DNA of 60,789 nt, the filler included, from Platydemus manokwari (Eukaryota), in assembly GCA_037951405.1 (NCBI GenBank). It is 6 parts of 6 records of this genome, joined end to end, with 100 filler letters (N's around TTAATTAATTAA, not from the genome) between each part and the next. Parts side by side here need not be neighbours in the genome. Positions count along the whole stretch, not along the records: positions 1 to 9,278 come from JBBMOY011272651.1; positions 9,379 to 21,246 come from JBBMOY010423333.1; 4 more parts are not named here. One strand, given 5' to 3'. Below, piece by piece: positions 1 to 14,351 of this stretch. The notes under the pieces are model-generated. The model was given only the letters and a program-made list of their open reading frames with translations. It had not been told where the DNA came from and did not search any database. The translations under genes and the position numbers were made by a program. Each line of letters starts with the position of its first letter. The first letter of the stretch is position 1.

Positions 1-73
<73 letters not shown>
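1..73. repeat. (TAA)n microsatellite
   Basis: Perfect TAA tandem run at the window start. Confidence 0.97.
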
Positions 74-75
<2 letters not shown>

Positions 76-95
76 TTAAAATAATAAAGATAATG

Positions 96-322
96 CTATA
101 TATGCAGTTTATAGCTAAATAGATCCTGAATTAAAATAAAATAAAATAATAATATTCATTTGAATAAAACAATAAAATTTAATGCATGGAATCTATTGAA
201 AAGGGTTAGCCTAGTGCTTACAGACTTTTGGAATTCTGAAACATGAAAACATAATGCAAAATAAATATTTTCAACATACTTACCTTGTGATGAATTTAAA
301 CAAAAATTTTGTACAATTTTAT
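96..322 (-). other. Putative short terminal exons of an unidentified spliced transcript (284-322, 222-235, 96-125)
   Basis: Minus-strand intron 283-236 is GTAAGT...TTTCAG (48 nt), and a second GTAAGC...TTCAG intron follows. The phases join to (D)KIVQNFCLNSSQ-EFQKS-DLFSYKLHI*. No homology recognised. Confidence 0.3.
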
Positions 323-3300
323 CTAATATTTTTCAACTATATTTACAGTTGATAATATGTATTTTATATAATAATTATAATTAATTATAATATGAATATT
401 ATTTTTTATTAATGATCTAAATGAACCGCGATAATCCACCATGTTAGTAGCTCAATATGTAATACATTATGAATTGGATTTATTTAAGTTTTCTTATTCC
501 AAGGGGATCTGTCCTGACAGCAATAATGCATCAAATTTTATTGCCTGTCAGCGTTTTAAAATCCTGTCGGAGTATGCGTGAAATTTTAGCCACGATATAG
601 TAATCCTGGATTTTGGATTACTTGATGAGTTGGTCTCTAAATTAGTATATCAACGGATAGCTATTTTCTAGATTACTTTTAGTTCTATCTCTCTCCGAGG
701 CACTCATGAGGCCCATGGAAAGCCGAAATAGGACACAGTTCGTATCATCATTGCGTTTATCGTCCTTGGAGGTTCTGAGAGCTCAATAAGTACTAAATAT
801 CTCGGCCTATGGAGGGCCGAATTAAGACTAATTTTCAGTAAAAATAGTTTAGTCATTTTTTATATTTTGCCGAATTAACAGTATTTAATTACATCTTAAT
901 TTTTAATTAGTTTAATCTGTCTGTTTAAGTAATGGAAGAATGGAAGTGAATAATGATAATCGACAATTTAAAATAAATAAATATAAAAGATAATAATGAA
1001 ATAATAAGATTATTAAAATTCGTTTGGGTATTTATATTTTAATTTCTAGAATATTTTGTTTAATAAAGCTTGGATTGTATCAGGTAATTCTAATAATTAC
1101 AATAGTAACTGTAACTTAAATGATGTTAAATTTCCCAAAAATTAATTGGTACTTTTGTCAACTGGGTTTACCTTTATTCCAAGGTTTTATGACCGAAACT
1201 AAAAAGATTATTCCACAAGATTGACAGAAATAAAATTTTTAATGTTAACTTGTAAACAGTCTTGACTAATTAATTCGGTGCAGTGTGCTCTTTTATTAAT
1301 GAATGAATGAAAGTTATAATAATATAAAATATTTCAAAATGAGAACATATTGGTTTAGAGTGATGACTTGAATACTGGTTGTAGCTAAAATTATCAATAA
1401 ATAGCTATAGTTGAACTAATATTATTTTGAATTTTAACTACTACAAAATCTTCAATTAACGTAGCCACAATTAAATGCACTTCTATCAATTAAAACAGCA
1501 ATTAATTATAATTTTCATCCACAACAAATACACCCGTGAACTTTGAATACACCTGCTTTAGGACCAATTTATGCACGATCTATAATCGAAAACAAGGCGG
1601 TGTATACAAGAATATATTAATTATTATAAGTATTAATAAACAATGGAGCTAAATCAATTTCAAATGGCTACTGCGATATATTCTCACCGATTATGTGACG
1701 ATAGATAAACGCACTGAAATGTCTATCTAAATATATTACTATTTTTATCCACCAATTCGATTTGAAATATTGATCAAGAATGTCCTAATATGTTTAAAAA
1801 GAGCTTCTATCTAAATTGTAGTTTGAAAAGTGTGTCGATATTCAGATAGCTAATGATTATATATCCAAGACTTTTTAAAATTATTTAATCTTGTCTGATG
1901 TTTTTAAATTGTTATTCTTGGTTACCTTAGATAATTACGATAACAAAATTTAGATTATTATTCTAGATTATTATTTTGTTATTTTATCAATTTGTTATTT
2001 TATTCTTATCAATCACAAAAATAAAATAAAGATAAAGTTAAGTATTAATGAATGAATGAAAGATAAAAAATTATTTAAAAATAAAGAATTTCAGAATATA
2101 TTGCTAATTAAAAAAATAAACATTTTCAATAATACATGTAATAAGTTAAACACACTAAATAACTAACATTCATAGAATAGTTAATGTTAAAGTTTTTATA
2201 AATTTGATTCTAGGTCATCCATATTTCCGCTTCAGCTAAACAATGAATTAATGACTGATAAACGAGAGATTTTTGATTGAATATTTCTGGGATTTGAATA
2301 AATGTGTATCTCAACATAATTAGCGAGATTCTGATAGTTAAAACTGTGTAAGTAAAAGTAATGTATTGCAAGTGTATAAGTACTAAATGCGTGAAAGTAT
2401 TTTAATGTTCATAAATATATTTGTTTAATTACATAATACCATTCATCTTTATGTAAATAATATCCTGTGTAAATAACAAATGTTATTTTTATAGCTTTTT
2501 ATTCTTCTTAGCAGGAAGTTTATTGTAATATGTCTAAAATAAATTTTAATATTTTAGTATGAGTAAGTAGGTTACAATGAAGGTTAGTTTGAATTTCTCC
2601 AATGCAGGAATTAAATAGTCAGCATTAATTTAAGTTAAATATGAAACCATTATATCCGTGCACCCGAACGTAGGATGTAAATCACTTGCGAATTAAATGT
2701 TATCAATAAACTGGGTTGGGTATCAAAGATTCTAATGAATTAAATAGATTATTCAAATATAGATTTGATTGTCTCGAAAAATTGAAAAGTATGCTTTGAA
2801 TTAGAGACTAATTTCGATTTTTATAGTCAGCTTTAAAGAATATATTACTTGTAAAATAGGAGATTATTTTTATAATGGATTATAAATGTAAAATACAAAA
2901 TTATCTCCTGAAAATAAATGCAGAAGAAAACACATTGCTTGAAAGACTGAAGTTAATAATAATAAATATTTTTCTTAAGTAATAAATTCATAAATAATAA
3001 ATATGTTTCGGTAATAATAAAAAATAAAAAGTAGTTTAGATTAGAGAAAAAATTGGAAATTACAAAGCATTAAAAAAATATTACGTACGAAGTGTACAAA
3101 AGGTTTTATCTCAAAAGGGTGATTATAAAGAGGGGTCAAACAGTATTGTTTACCATTTCAAGAAACATAAATAAGAATTATATTTTATAAGAATTTTCTA
3201 AACTTCACATCCTAGTGCAACCGTGAAGGTTATAAAATGTATTATTGTATCGTAGATACGAAGAGTGTTTTTAAACTAATTGTATACGCAAGGGGAATCA

Positions 3301-4989
3301 TAGTTTACACCTTGAAGTAATTTTTGTGCTAGTATCACAATGTATCATCAGACAGAGTCATAATTTGATGAAACTAAATCTAGTGCAAAATGGTTCAGCT
3401 CATGTGCTATTGAAAATGCACATAGAAAACAAAACTTGCTTAGTGTTTCAAATTAATGGGCAACACAAATTAGAACGAAATTAGATTAAAATAAAAAGTT
3501 AATTTTGGAACTGGTGGTACCAAGCTGACTTTGACGTAATTATAAATGTAATGTAATTATAAATGAAATTTAACTTATTCGTGATACTTATGCTTATAAA
3601 TGATTTCAATCTCATTGAAAATGGATACTGTAACGGAGAATTAGACGACTAAATAAATTGTTAGTTTTTCATCTAATACATTAACAAGCCTTGTTCGTTT
3701 GTTATTAAATCTGTAACATTCAATCCGAGATCAAATTAATTCATCATATCGATATCTTGGCTTTGCCACGTAGAATTTTATTGTTTCGATATCGTCAATC
3801 ATAGTTGTTTACTTATATTTACAACAAAATTGGTTGATTTTGTACTTCAACAATATTTTCTATATTATCTTGAAAGATAGGGATAGCAATACAATTACAA
3901 TTATTCGAAATAAAATCATTATTCATTCACATGGAGTCAAATAAACATACACTCTCATTCACAAATTTATTCGGCCCTTACATGGTTTATTATCAAGGCT
4001 GATTTTTATATTGATTATCATTTTCAACGTGATCAAATTTAATGAGCTCTTATTAAGGCAACAGTGTAATATACCTTATTTGTTTATGCTTCGCTTCTCA
4101 CAATCTTATTGTGTTTGGACAATAGGTATAGTAACAGTAATATAACTTATAATTTGATTTTAGGTTCATCTCAATTATTGCACATATAATTTTATTATCC
4201 TTACTGTTTATATTTAATACCTGAGATATTGTCCTTTAACGTTGTTGAAACTTAAATCGATATTTACAAAAATTATTTACTACAAATTATTAATACAATT
4301 AGGATATAAGATTATTATTACTGCCATTAACTACTGTGCGATTCAAATCAAATCAAAATTCGAATTTAGACAATTGATTTTACCCTTACCAATTCCAGGG
4401 AAGATTATGATTTAATGATATTCATTAATATTGAGGCAAAACCCTTTCAAGATTGACACAAGTCTCGATAAATAGAAATCCGATAGATTTTAGAATATTA
4501 CTTTAGATTGTATTAAACACTTGCATGACTTGATCTTCCAATGATGAAAACTGAACATAAACAGATTCTTGATCACCGGCACTGAAACTTCTGGAATTGT
4601 AGGTGAGCAATTATTGAGTCTTAGAAATGTCTATTATGTCCAATGTGCTTACTGTGACTGCTATCTTATATGAGTATCGATGAGTCACTAGTAGATATTC
4701 TCTAATAATATTTATTTAATTTCTAACCTATATGTTTTCTAGCTGTGAATTTATTAAGACAGAGAAATATTCACTGCCATTAAATTTACTATAGCAGAAA
4801 GAAATTCTCTTAGATTAATTTTTTCTATATAATCTAAATGTATGGTTATTAAATCTATTTCATGCGATCATTTCATTCCAACGATATTTATTGAACGCGA
4901 TAATAGGTAACTATCGATTTATTAGAGTCTACTTTATTGGAATTTATTTGAATGCACAGGTTTATTATAAGAAATTTTTTATTTCCACC

Positions 4990-5260
4990 TCAAAAATTTA
5001 TGTTGAATCTAAAACTTCATAAATAACGCTGTGATTAATTTGTGACGGATGACACTGACAGTAAATTTTTTGATTTTTCCGAAAAACTGATTACAATATT
5101 AATCCTTTCGTTTCCTGTACGTCAATGTAGCATTAAAATTCGTATCAAGGTTTATATCTTCTGCTAAAAAACTTTTCTTATCCTGTCTTCAAAACATCTT
5201 CTTTCAAGCTGGCTTTCGAATTAATTCAGAGTCAAGTCGTTTCCACAATGACGTTTGTCG
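4990..5260 (-). mobile_element. Possible highly decayed hAT transposase fragment
   Basis: Stop-riddled translation FLAEDINLDTNFNATLTYRKRK...INHSVIYEVLDS resembles the hAT segment preceding the dimerisation domain. Confidence 0.3.
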
Positions 5261-6570
5261 CCTTATTAATAAGACGATATTTAAAATACTAAAAGTCATT
5301 TATTACAACCACGATGTGTTTATAAATCGTCACTTTTCTGATGATGTAATTATATTGCTATCATAAGATGATATGTTGCCAAGTAGTAGTAACTGACAAT
5401 ATAGCAATTGTACAATCGCTAATCAGAATGCAAACAAGCACACATACCTACATACAAATAAAAATAAAGATTCATTTATCTGTGTACAAATCCCATTTAC
5501 AGACACGATCTATAAAAATATTAATTGTGTTTCATTATATCTCACAAGGCTTCTGGTATAGAATGAGATTTAATTGGGATTTAATAATATGGTCTGTAAT
5601 CGAAATACTCACGAAATTGCAATTAAATTATAATATCCACTATAAATTTATTAAATGACTTTAAGATGCAAAAATTTATTTCAAAACATAAAAATTTCTC
5701 TTTTTGAAAATCAAAGTCTGAAATTTTGGTTTTTTTGTATTCCAACTTTTGTAGGTTATATTCGGTTTTCACAAGCATAAAAATGTTCACTGTGCGCTTT
5801 TCTTTAGTACAATCTTCTCGTTCCGCGATCACCAGGGTAAAATTTAAAAAACAGAATATAGTTGTGCAACAATAATAACACTCATCTCCGTGGCGATATT
5901 TTCTCTGATTTAAAATTAAAATGCAAGGTAATTTTTATTCCATGTCTTATAATCGATTTATACATGGTTTTCTCCATGACGAGATGATCTCAACAATCAA
6001 GATAGATGCGCTCTACCACAGCATAAAAATGAATTGAAAAGTGGAGAAGACGATACTGTCTCTCACATGCACCTTATAAACAACGAACAATAACAATAAT
6101 AACAGAAATACCCATACTTGTATCCCTTTTACGTATGTACAGGCCCTATTTGGAATTAGCTTAAATCTGTATTTAACCGTAAGCAATTTGTTAACAAATG
6201 GAACAAGATCACAATTTTACTTCGATCAATAATATACTATTGATAAAATCAACTCTGATTGCTTAATAAACGACAAATACCAATAAGCTAATCTATAAAA
6301 TTACTTAGTACAAAGAATTTTTGTATACTTATCATTTAAAAAATGTGACACAAGATTTTATAAAATTACAACAATTGAAATCCGGAATATAAATTTCTAA
6401 ATATATTGAAATTTTTACAATTTTTTTAAATTTTTTAACACACCTCAACCAAATCAATGAAAATATACACAAATAAAAGTAAACGGTGCAGATATTAAAA
6501 TTTTATTAGTATGAAAGAAAGAAAAATAATCTCAAAGATCTCAAATGCGATCAATTGTCCTGGTAGTAAG

Positions 6571-6713
6571 TTATTCAAAAACGTGGAAATTATCTAGCAT
6601 ACCGAGAGAAATCGCTACTGGAGCGTAGTTGAAGAGTCTTACCTGGAAATTGCGTATCATCACAAAGTTGTAACTTAATACCATTTATATTTTGAGATGT
6701 TTTTGCTGCTATT
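6571..6713 (-). other. Putative two-exon fragment of an unidentified transcript (6643-6713, 6571-6593)
   Basis: TTTTAG acceptor, CAG|GTAAGA donor and a 49-nt intron (6594-6642) ending CTAG. Open frame IAAKTSQNINGIKLQLCDDTQFP-DNFHVFE*. No homology recognised. Confidence 0.3.
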
Positions 6714-7821
6714 CTAAAACAATAAAATAATATTGCTTTATTCTCCTATTTTATTCCTTCTCATATCTTATTCCTACTGGTTGGCATAACTATTAACATT
6801 ATATTTAATAATGTCATCCTTATAATCATGCGACTTTCCCCTTAACATAGTTCCTGTGATCTTCACTCAATCTCATGATATTAATTTTAATCTCTCAACC
6901 ATTTTCATTTTGTTACGTGAAATCTCTTTTCATTTATCATGAAATATTAATAACTATTTTTCAATTAATTGGTGATGTCGCTTGAATATTTACTAGTTAA
7001 TACATTTCAATTAATTCTGATTACTTGTTCTTTTATTAATTTGAATCCATATTAATTAATAAATTATATTTATATATTAATTATTAATAGATCTTTCTGC
7101 TAAGAAAATAATGAAAAGACCTGATAAAAAGATATAAAAATTATAACTGTTATGTATCTAAGATGTCCAAATTGAACTTTATATTATTCACATTTCGAAA
7201 GGTTTTTATACTTACACATTTATATAATTGAAATACTTTCATACACATACAGCCAATCAAAATACTAAAAACATGATACACAAATAGAAATTCTCGTAGA
7301 TGAGTTAAGTTATATTAAAATCCAATAGTCAATACATCAATTATAACCAGCCAAAAAGTAGAGCTAGTGTTGACCTGTCAATTTTTAAGTCGAAATTGTC
7401 ACTGTTAACTCGAAATTATATAACAATAACCTTTGATCGTTGTTTAATCAATACCATTATCTGCTTTGCAAAAAGTCGAATGCAAAGAAATAGCTTTGAG
7501 TTTTCTATAATTTTGTTTTTTATAACTACCAACATCTGTTATTTTCTCTTACATTATACTCTTCAAATTTACAATTTTTATATTAGTTTTATTAAATTTT
7601 TGAATTTTATATGCCTACATTTAACCTTTATCTATTTATAGAAACAATTAATATCCATTAGTCGATATTTATTGATTTTAAAAATATTAGGTCCTATTTA
7701 AAAATTAATTTGATAATATTGATAAATATATTTTATAAATTGATAATCAATAAAAAACAAAGTGAATAGTGTATTTATAAATAATTCCAAAAATATATAA
7801 AAATAATGAAATCTAAGATAT

Positions 7822-8197
7822 CTATAAAGTGCCCTGATCAATGACAGACTGCCGAAGCATGTCTCGAAGATCAGGTGCTAGTGATAACGTAATAATTTTT
7901 ATGTGTTCATTCAATGCACGTTCTTGGTCTTCAGAGATCGGGATGTGATTTGCCCTGCATTCATTCTGAAATCATGATTATTGAGAATGCAATAAAGAAA
8001 ATGTTATTCGAGATATTACCAGCTTCGATTTGATTTGTATAATAAAATCGACAACTTCCACCTCTGGTCTATCTTTGATCCAATGAGATACGTCTGTCCT
8101 GCACATGACTTCAGTGTGAATTTGTAGAATTTGCAAGTTAACTTCTTTCTCTCGCCGAGAAAGCCATGTGACAAAATTCGGACTTGAATAGAATAGC
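7822..8197 (-). CDS. DENND6: DENN domain-containing protein 6 (FAM116), last two exons (8020-8197, 7822-7965); 5' part missing
   Basis: Spliced translation LFYSSPNFVTWLSRREKEVNLQILQIHTEVMCRTDVSHWIKDRPEVEVVDFIIQIKSKL-NECRANHIPISEDQERALNEHIKIITLSLAPDLRDMLRQSVIDQGTL* matches the DENND6 C-terminus (SPNFxxW...EVExVD...LPxDL). The intron is a canonical 54-nt GT-AG. This frame is not in the ORF track. Confidence 0.88.
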
Positions 8198-9140
8198 CTG
8201 TAAAAAGATGATAACTCATTGTTATACTGAGGAACTAAATGGACGGATTTTAAAATGTCAAGGTAAACTCAATCATATATGAAAATTATCCAAATCCCAT
8301 AACAATCTTGAAAATGAAAAACTAACAAAAAATTGGTATTTTAACAATGACTTGTAAGATGAGGACAATAATGATCTATCATTAAAAATAAATCGACAAC
8401 ATATACGAGAGATAAATTGAATCGTATAAGACAAAATAAATAACCATAAGCATATACTTAGATATTTCAAAATGCAACGTAAGAACAACAAAATATCTAG
8501 GAGTTGTTTGTACCAATTCAAATTAATGAAAGCCATAATAAAAGAGAATCATCATTTTAGCTAAGAACAATGGAAATAGGTTTACATAAGCACTAAGCGA
8601 TACTGAGAAATTAATCAATATTTAGAGGAAAAGTATCATGAAGGACCATCACGTTTTGGGAATACATGTGAAAGCCTAAAACTCAAAACCACACCTGAAT
8701 CAGCCAGATAACATTTTACATATTTAATATGATAAGTTTTGTTGAACATCCACGTTATAATTTAGAGAAACACAGAATATGAGCTCATTATCCCGAAATG
8801 ACATATCAATCATTAAATAATAGATCGAACTAGTAAGGTATTTTAGCCATTTGACATTAAGCGACTAATTAAACTTGTTCATGGTAATCTCCAATATTAC
8901 ATGCAGAATAACATATTTAATTAAAATATTATATATTTACATAATATCAATATATAACTGCTAATAAAAATGTTTATTAATTATAAAAAAAATATAATAT
9001 ATTAAAATATTAATATTATTAGATAATCAGTTATAGAATAAATCATATCAGTTATTCAACACTTCAATCGATACCGAATGAACACAAATCGAGAAATGTT
9101 GTATGATCCTGATATAAGAAGGAAATTATTGGTTCATTTA

Positions 9141-9278
9141 TTAGGTTGTCCCATATGAAATGTCCGATTTTCATGCACATATTTGAAGAAGCATAACTCA
9201 TAAAAAATATTTTTTATTAATTAAAATAAGCTCCAAGGCTATCAACACATTTCTCCCAACGACCTAAAAGTTTATTTA
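9141..9278 (-). mobile_element. Mariner transposon 3' end (TIR plus transposase C-terminus), truncated by gap
   Basis: A TA precedes the TIR-like TTAGGTTGTCCCATATGAAATGTCCGATTT. The minus strand reads LLGRWEKCVDSLGAYFN* (stop 9217-9219), the typical mariner RWxKCxxxxGxYF terminus. Confidence 0.85.
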
Positions 9279-9378
9279 NNNNNNNNNNNNNNNNNNNNNN
9301 NNNNNNNNNNNNNNNNNNNNNNTTAATTAATTAANNNNNNNNNNNNNNNNNNNNNNNNNNNNNNNNNNNNNNNNNNNN
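9279..9378. other. Artificial assembly linker (44N-TTAATTAATTAA-44N)
   Basis: Exact 100-bp construct with stop codons in all six frames, repeated identically five times in the window. Confidence 0.97.
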
Positions 9379-12300
9379 ATTGAGAAATAATGGATATCCA
9401 TTTCTAGGTAAATATCATGATCAAAAAAGTCATTATTAAGTATCTACAACTTATTATTAAAAAATTTGAAAAGATCTTATAATTTAATTTGGAATTTAAT
9501 GTCAATTCAGTTAATTTTCAAACGAACTAATTAATTTGGAAATTATCAATAATGTGATAAATTATAAAATTTGACAATTCATAAATATGACAGTTATTTA
9601 TTTTTATAACAACTTATTCGTTAAAACTCAGTTACGTTTTTCAATTTGAATTTGAGGCCCTACCTGATGCTAAAAAATGATAAATATTTATCGATGATTA
9701 ATGATTTGTAAACGTCATTTTAAAAAAAACAAAATCTCTGAACGTCTAAGTTAAATACAAACAGTGTTTATAAATTTAGCTATCAAGATATGAATAATAT
9801 AAAAAATTTTAGTCTAATATTGTTATTAAAATGCTATAAAATAATTTATTCTATTTTAAATGTATTTTCATTGGTTGGTCTATTAATTAACTGTATCAGA
9901 TAATTTTTTACTAGAAAAACTGTCAATAATTTCTAATTAATATTACATTGAATTATTACCTGTTGAACTTTTTGAAGAGTGAGAAGCATTTATAATTAAT
10001 TAATTAATTAATTATTGAAATACTTGTGTGTGAGTATATAAACTGTCTTTTTAGAAAAATATTCTTCTAACAGATTTAATGAGTCATTTTGTTAATACTA
10101 ATAATTTAAAAGATATTGCTACCGCAAGCACGACAAATATGAATGAAATCCTGAACAGTATAGCTTAAGAGAAATACATAATGGTGGACGATATGGAACA
10201 GTTAATCAAAAGCTGTAACAATAATTAGTAAGACCATCAAAACACTTAAAAACTTGGTTGTAGCTGATCTATTGGATCATGGTACGATAGTATAGTATGA
10301 TATAGTAAATATGGATTTTGAAGGATTTGAGAAAAGTCTGCGAAAGGCCTTCGGCCTAAAAAAGATTAACGGCATAAGATTAGTAAAACATTCGTTTAAT
10401 ACCAAAGATAACCGGAATCTGGGAAAACGTTCTTCAAAAAAACATATCAAATTACTAACGATATTATATCGCATAAGATAATCAAAATAGATCTTATCGT
10501 ATTTTTAATGATTTATTTATCAATAGATAGACAGTTAGGAATGTCTCAGTCACTTCATTTTCCTCAAACTCAGTCCTTAGTTTACGAAAAGATAAGTTCG
10601 AAAAAGAAAGTAATTTTATAATCAAATAAAAAGGAAAAAAAATGATTATTCATAATTCGCATAGGAAAAATATTATAAAAACAGTAAGAAAATTAGAAGG
10701 ATGGCTCACAAAAGAATTCTGACGATATCTTAATGACCAAATTCTTAGACATAAATTTATTGAATCCCGATAATAAATCAAAAAGTAAATAAATTAATTA
10801 TATTTAAACTTATTATATCAACACAAAGGAGGTACGATATCAGAGCCTTCCCTCATTGATAAGTGTTTATAATATGTATGTTCGAGTAAACTATGATTTC
10901 GGATAATTGGGAAATTAAGTTTGATAGGATTTTTTCTTAAAAAGGGAAAAAAGTTTAATGAAATCGTTCACTATCTAGAAATTACAGACCTTGACATATT
11001 TTGCAATCGCTGCATTCAGATTTAAATTCCAAGTAATTATTGATTAAAATGTGTTACTTAATCATTTAAATTATTTAAAGTTCGAATTGTTCAGTTTTGA
11101 CACTTAACAGTTATTTATTCATCAGATTTTGAAGTCTAAACCTTGTGACAATAGCATTCTATCTTGAATCCGACTCAACTAATATCGAAATAAAAATTAA
11201 AATCCTAAACTACAAGATGAATATTAGTGGTTATGATGCCATTAGATCTAGCTACCGATAAAATCCGCTGAGGAACAGGAACACAAGAGACTTTCAAAAA
11301 TCAATAAAGTTCTATTATAATAGAACCCTGCAATAGATTGATAACTAAAGCAGAAGTTCAAACTTATTATTTATCTAAACTATGGACCATTCTCATTAAT
11401 TGTGTTGTAATTCAATTCTAATTTTTCCATTATTTACTATTATTATTTCGTATATTAATAATTATATTTTATTCAGATCAATAGATTTATTTTATTATTA
11501 ATTTATAATTTATACCCCGAATTCTAGAAGTCCTATAGAGGTTCATATACTTATAGAGGTTCATATCTAGAAGATTACTTAAATAATAAAGGTTATATGA
11601 AGATTACATAAATAATACTTCAACTTTGTTGAAATTTAGAAAATAAATTAGAAAAAATAAATTATAAAACCCAAAAATGTTGATTTTTAGTTGTCACAAT
11701 GTATTGATTTTGACTCCTTAACTTTTATTGACGAATCTCGATTTCATTTTCGCAGAGTCTGTTAAGGCGTGTTTTCTCGATACTTGTTTTATCTTTACAA
11801 GTTTTTTTGCCAACTGTAACTTATTATTTTCTAAACATCTGCTCTCTCTTTTTTATAACAAAAATATCTCTGACTTTTTTCTTAACCTGACAATGATTCG
11901 CTTTTTGTTTTTGATTTTAATTCATGTTGTTATTCTCTATTATTCTGTTAATTTCTGAGTGATCCATCTCTACCTATCTCCATTTTCTTAAACTAATTCC
12001 TCATTTTCTCTTATTAATTTGTACATTTCCTTCTGATATTCTCATTCCAATTTTTACTATAATTCTTTTGGTTCTTTTAGTTCTTATTAACATTTTATCT
12101 TGATACTTTTCTTTCTCTTATCATTTGCACTATTTTATCTTCTTCTTTCCAAATTTTATTCTCGCCTTTTAGTTTCTACTTCAATCTTCTTTTTCTCGGT
12201 ACTTCCAGATGTATCATTTCTTGTTCTTCGATCCATTTATTTCTTGTTACAACTGTATTTTGTTTTATATATTATTATTTTCTTAATTTACATTTTTTAA

Positions 12301-13349
12301 TCATAGGGTCTGTTCTGCTGGAGTATCGACACTGCGTTTTCAATCCTTTTAGATCTGTTTCTTATATGATGAAGTGTTTCGATACTAATATCATTGTTTC
12401 GTGAGTGTTCTCTTAATTGACTGCTAAATCCAAAGAATGGTACTATTCGTGTTTCTTCCAAGCTATTTCTATCTCCCTAAGCATTTCTATTTCTTGAAAT
12501 ATCTTAATTCTATATCGTTCTGTCTCGGTGTGTTCTCTTTTCATGTTATCATATTGATAAGCGGTTTAAAGATCTTTTAAATAATGTTCATCTCTCTCTC
12601 ATGTGCGCCTACTTCTATATCTCATTCCATCACAATTATTATGATTATTACTATTTCTACTTTGATAATACCTATTTTGACGTTGTTGTCCAAAACCTCT
12701 GTGACTGCTTTGATTTTCATAGTTAAAATTTGCTCAATCCAATAATTTTACTCGTTTCCCCGTAACTATTTATTTATTTATAAAGTGATGGCCAGAGTTT
12801 GGGAGTAATACTTATAATATTACATTATTGAAAATACCTATGAATACTCTCACATAGAAAACAGACAATACTGTACCAATTCAAGACCGTCCTAAGCAAC
12901 TGTTGTGAAATCTGTGAACTGTAGAAATGGTAATAGCAAAAGGATTTCAAGCTTACGGAGTTCAGAAAATAAAGGTCACGACTTGAATTCAAACAAAAAA
13001 CCAAATTTCATTTCATTCGATGTTGAAGGTTTCCAAATGATAAAGAGAAGACACGACGAACTTCAAGAAGGTTATACCCTCGGTTTAAATAAAAAAACTA
13101 ATACAAACACATGACATACTGACTCTATTAGAAAAATGGAAAAGAAAATGATATGCATTTCAATGAAAAAAGAACTACTACCCTTTTACTCTCAATCTTT
13201 AATATTATTTCATAAGAATCGGTTGTTATTATTAGCATTAATATTATTATTGTTAACATATTTGTTGTTATTATAAAAATGATTATTAATATTGAACCTT
13301 TACTCATAATTTATATTATTTCATAAAAATAAGGTGTTATTATTAGTGT

Positions 13350-13498
13350 NNNNNNNNNNNNNNNNNNNNNNNNNNNNNNNNNNNNNNNNNNNNNNNNNNN
13401 NNNNNNNNNNNNNNNNNNNNNNNNNNNNNNNNNNNNNNNNNNNNNNNNNNNNNNNNNNNNNNNNNNNNNNNNNNNNNNNNNNNNNNNNNNNNNNNNNN
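13350..13498. other. Ordinary scaffold gap (149 N)
   Basis: N run without a linker. It is preceded by an imperfect ~115-bp tandem duplication (13183-13349). Confidence 0.95.
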
Positions 13499-14351
13499 CA
13501 GAAGCTTGATTTGCAAAGTAAAATTTAATTAATTATAAAAAAAGGTAAAAATAAAATACATTGCTTGATTAACCAAGCCATTCATAAAAATTGGTACAGC
13601 AATAACTGCTTGAATGATCAAACCTAAAAATTGTTACAATATCGACAGAAACATCAAATGCCTATACAACTAGGCCACGCATAATTAATGTTTTAATGTT
13701 CGAGTCAATTGTTGTTGAATTGTTACATTGTATTGATATTGCACGGAGTCATTTTCCTCAAATCCCCAACAAACTTTCTGTAATATCTTGATAAAAAGAA
13801 AAAGTCACGAATATGAAATTAGCTTTATGCTACCTCGGATTTGGCCCTTTGAGATCTAGACGCTTGTGGCTTGTATGAATCTGTAACTTGAAAAATGCTG
13901 ACAGTGTTGTCATCGCTTTATTTATTGTTTATTACTTTTCAGTAAATTGTTGTTTAATCTTAAAAATGAATTATCCTGACTCAACAAATACAATTATTCA
14001 AATCAGTGTTATTTAGATTAAATAATTTAATCTTAGGAGAACTTAATTATTTTTTAATTTTAATTTAATTAAATTTTCCCCAAACCTACTGAGTATTTTA
14101 ATAATTGTGTCATATTTGAAGAAATATTTTAACTAAATAGTACATGTCCTTTATAGTTATTTCTTTATAGTTATAATAATTCAGTAATATCTTAAATAAT
14201 TCAGAATTTGAATATATTAGAATTTTATATTATGTTTATCTTTTATGTGATTGGAAGGTGGATCAAGTCGCTTCAGAAAATAGAATATTGATTAATTTAT
14301 TATAAGAATTAAATCAATATTTTAAAACAATGAAATAGACAAAATCAAAAC

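Noticed and set aside
3050-3520. Possible integrase-like remnant (similar weak hints at 51050-51400, and Tc1-like at 47050-47350)
   Set aside because: Only 4-6 residue resemblances across frameshifts, not supportable without a profile search.
8016-8219. ORF-track 67-aa protein MSYHLFTG...
   Set aside because: Wrong frame. The real exon in another frame encodes DENND6.
9323-9334. TTAATTAATTAA palindrome recurring about every 10 kb
   Set aside because: Always centred between 44-N runs, so it is an assembly linker and not biology.
10100-13120. Possible gag-like/LTR retrotransposon debris and F/L-rich ORFs (11728, 12100)
   Set aside because: Purine-skewed and stop-riddled. I could not identify a diagnostic RT, protease or integrase motif or LTR pair.
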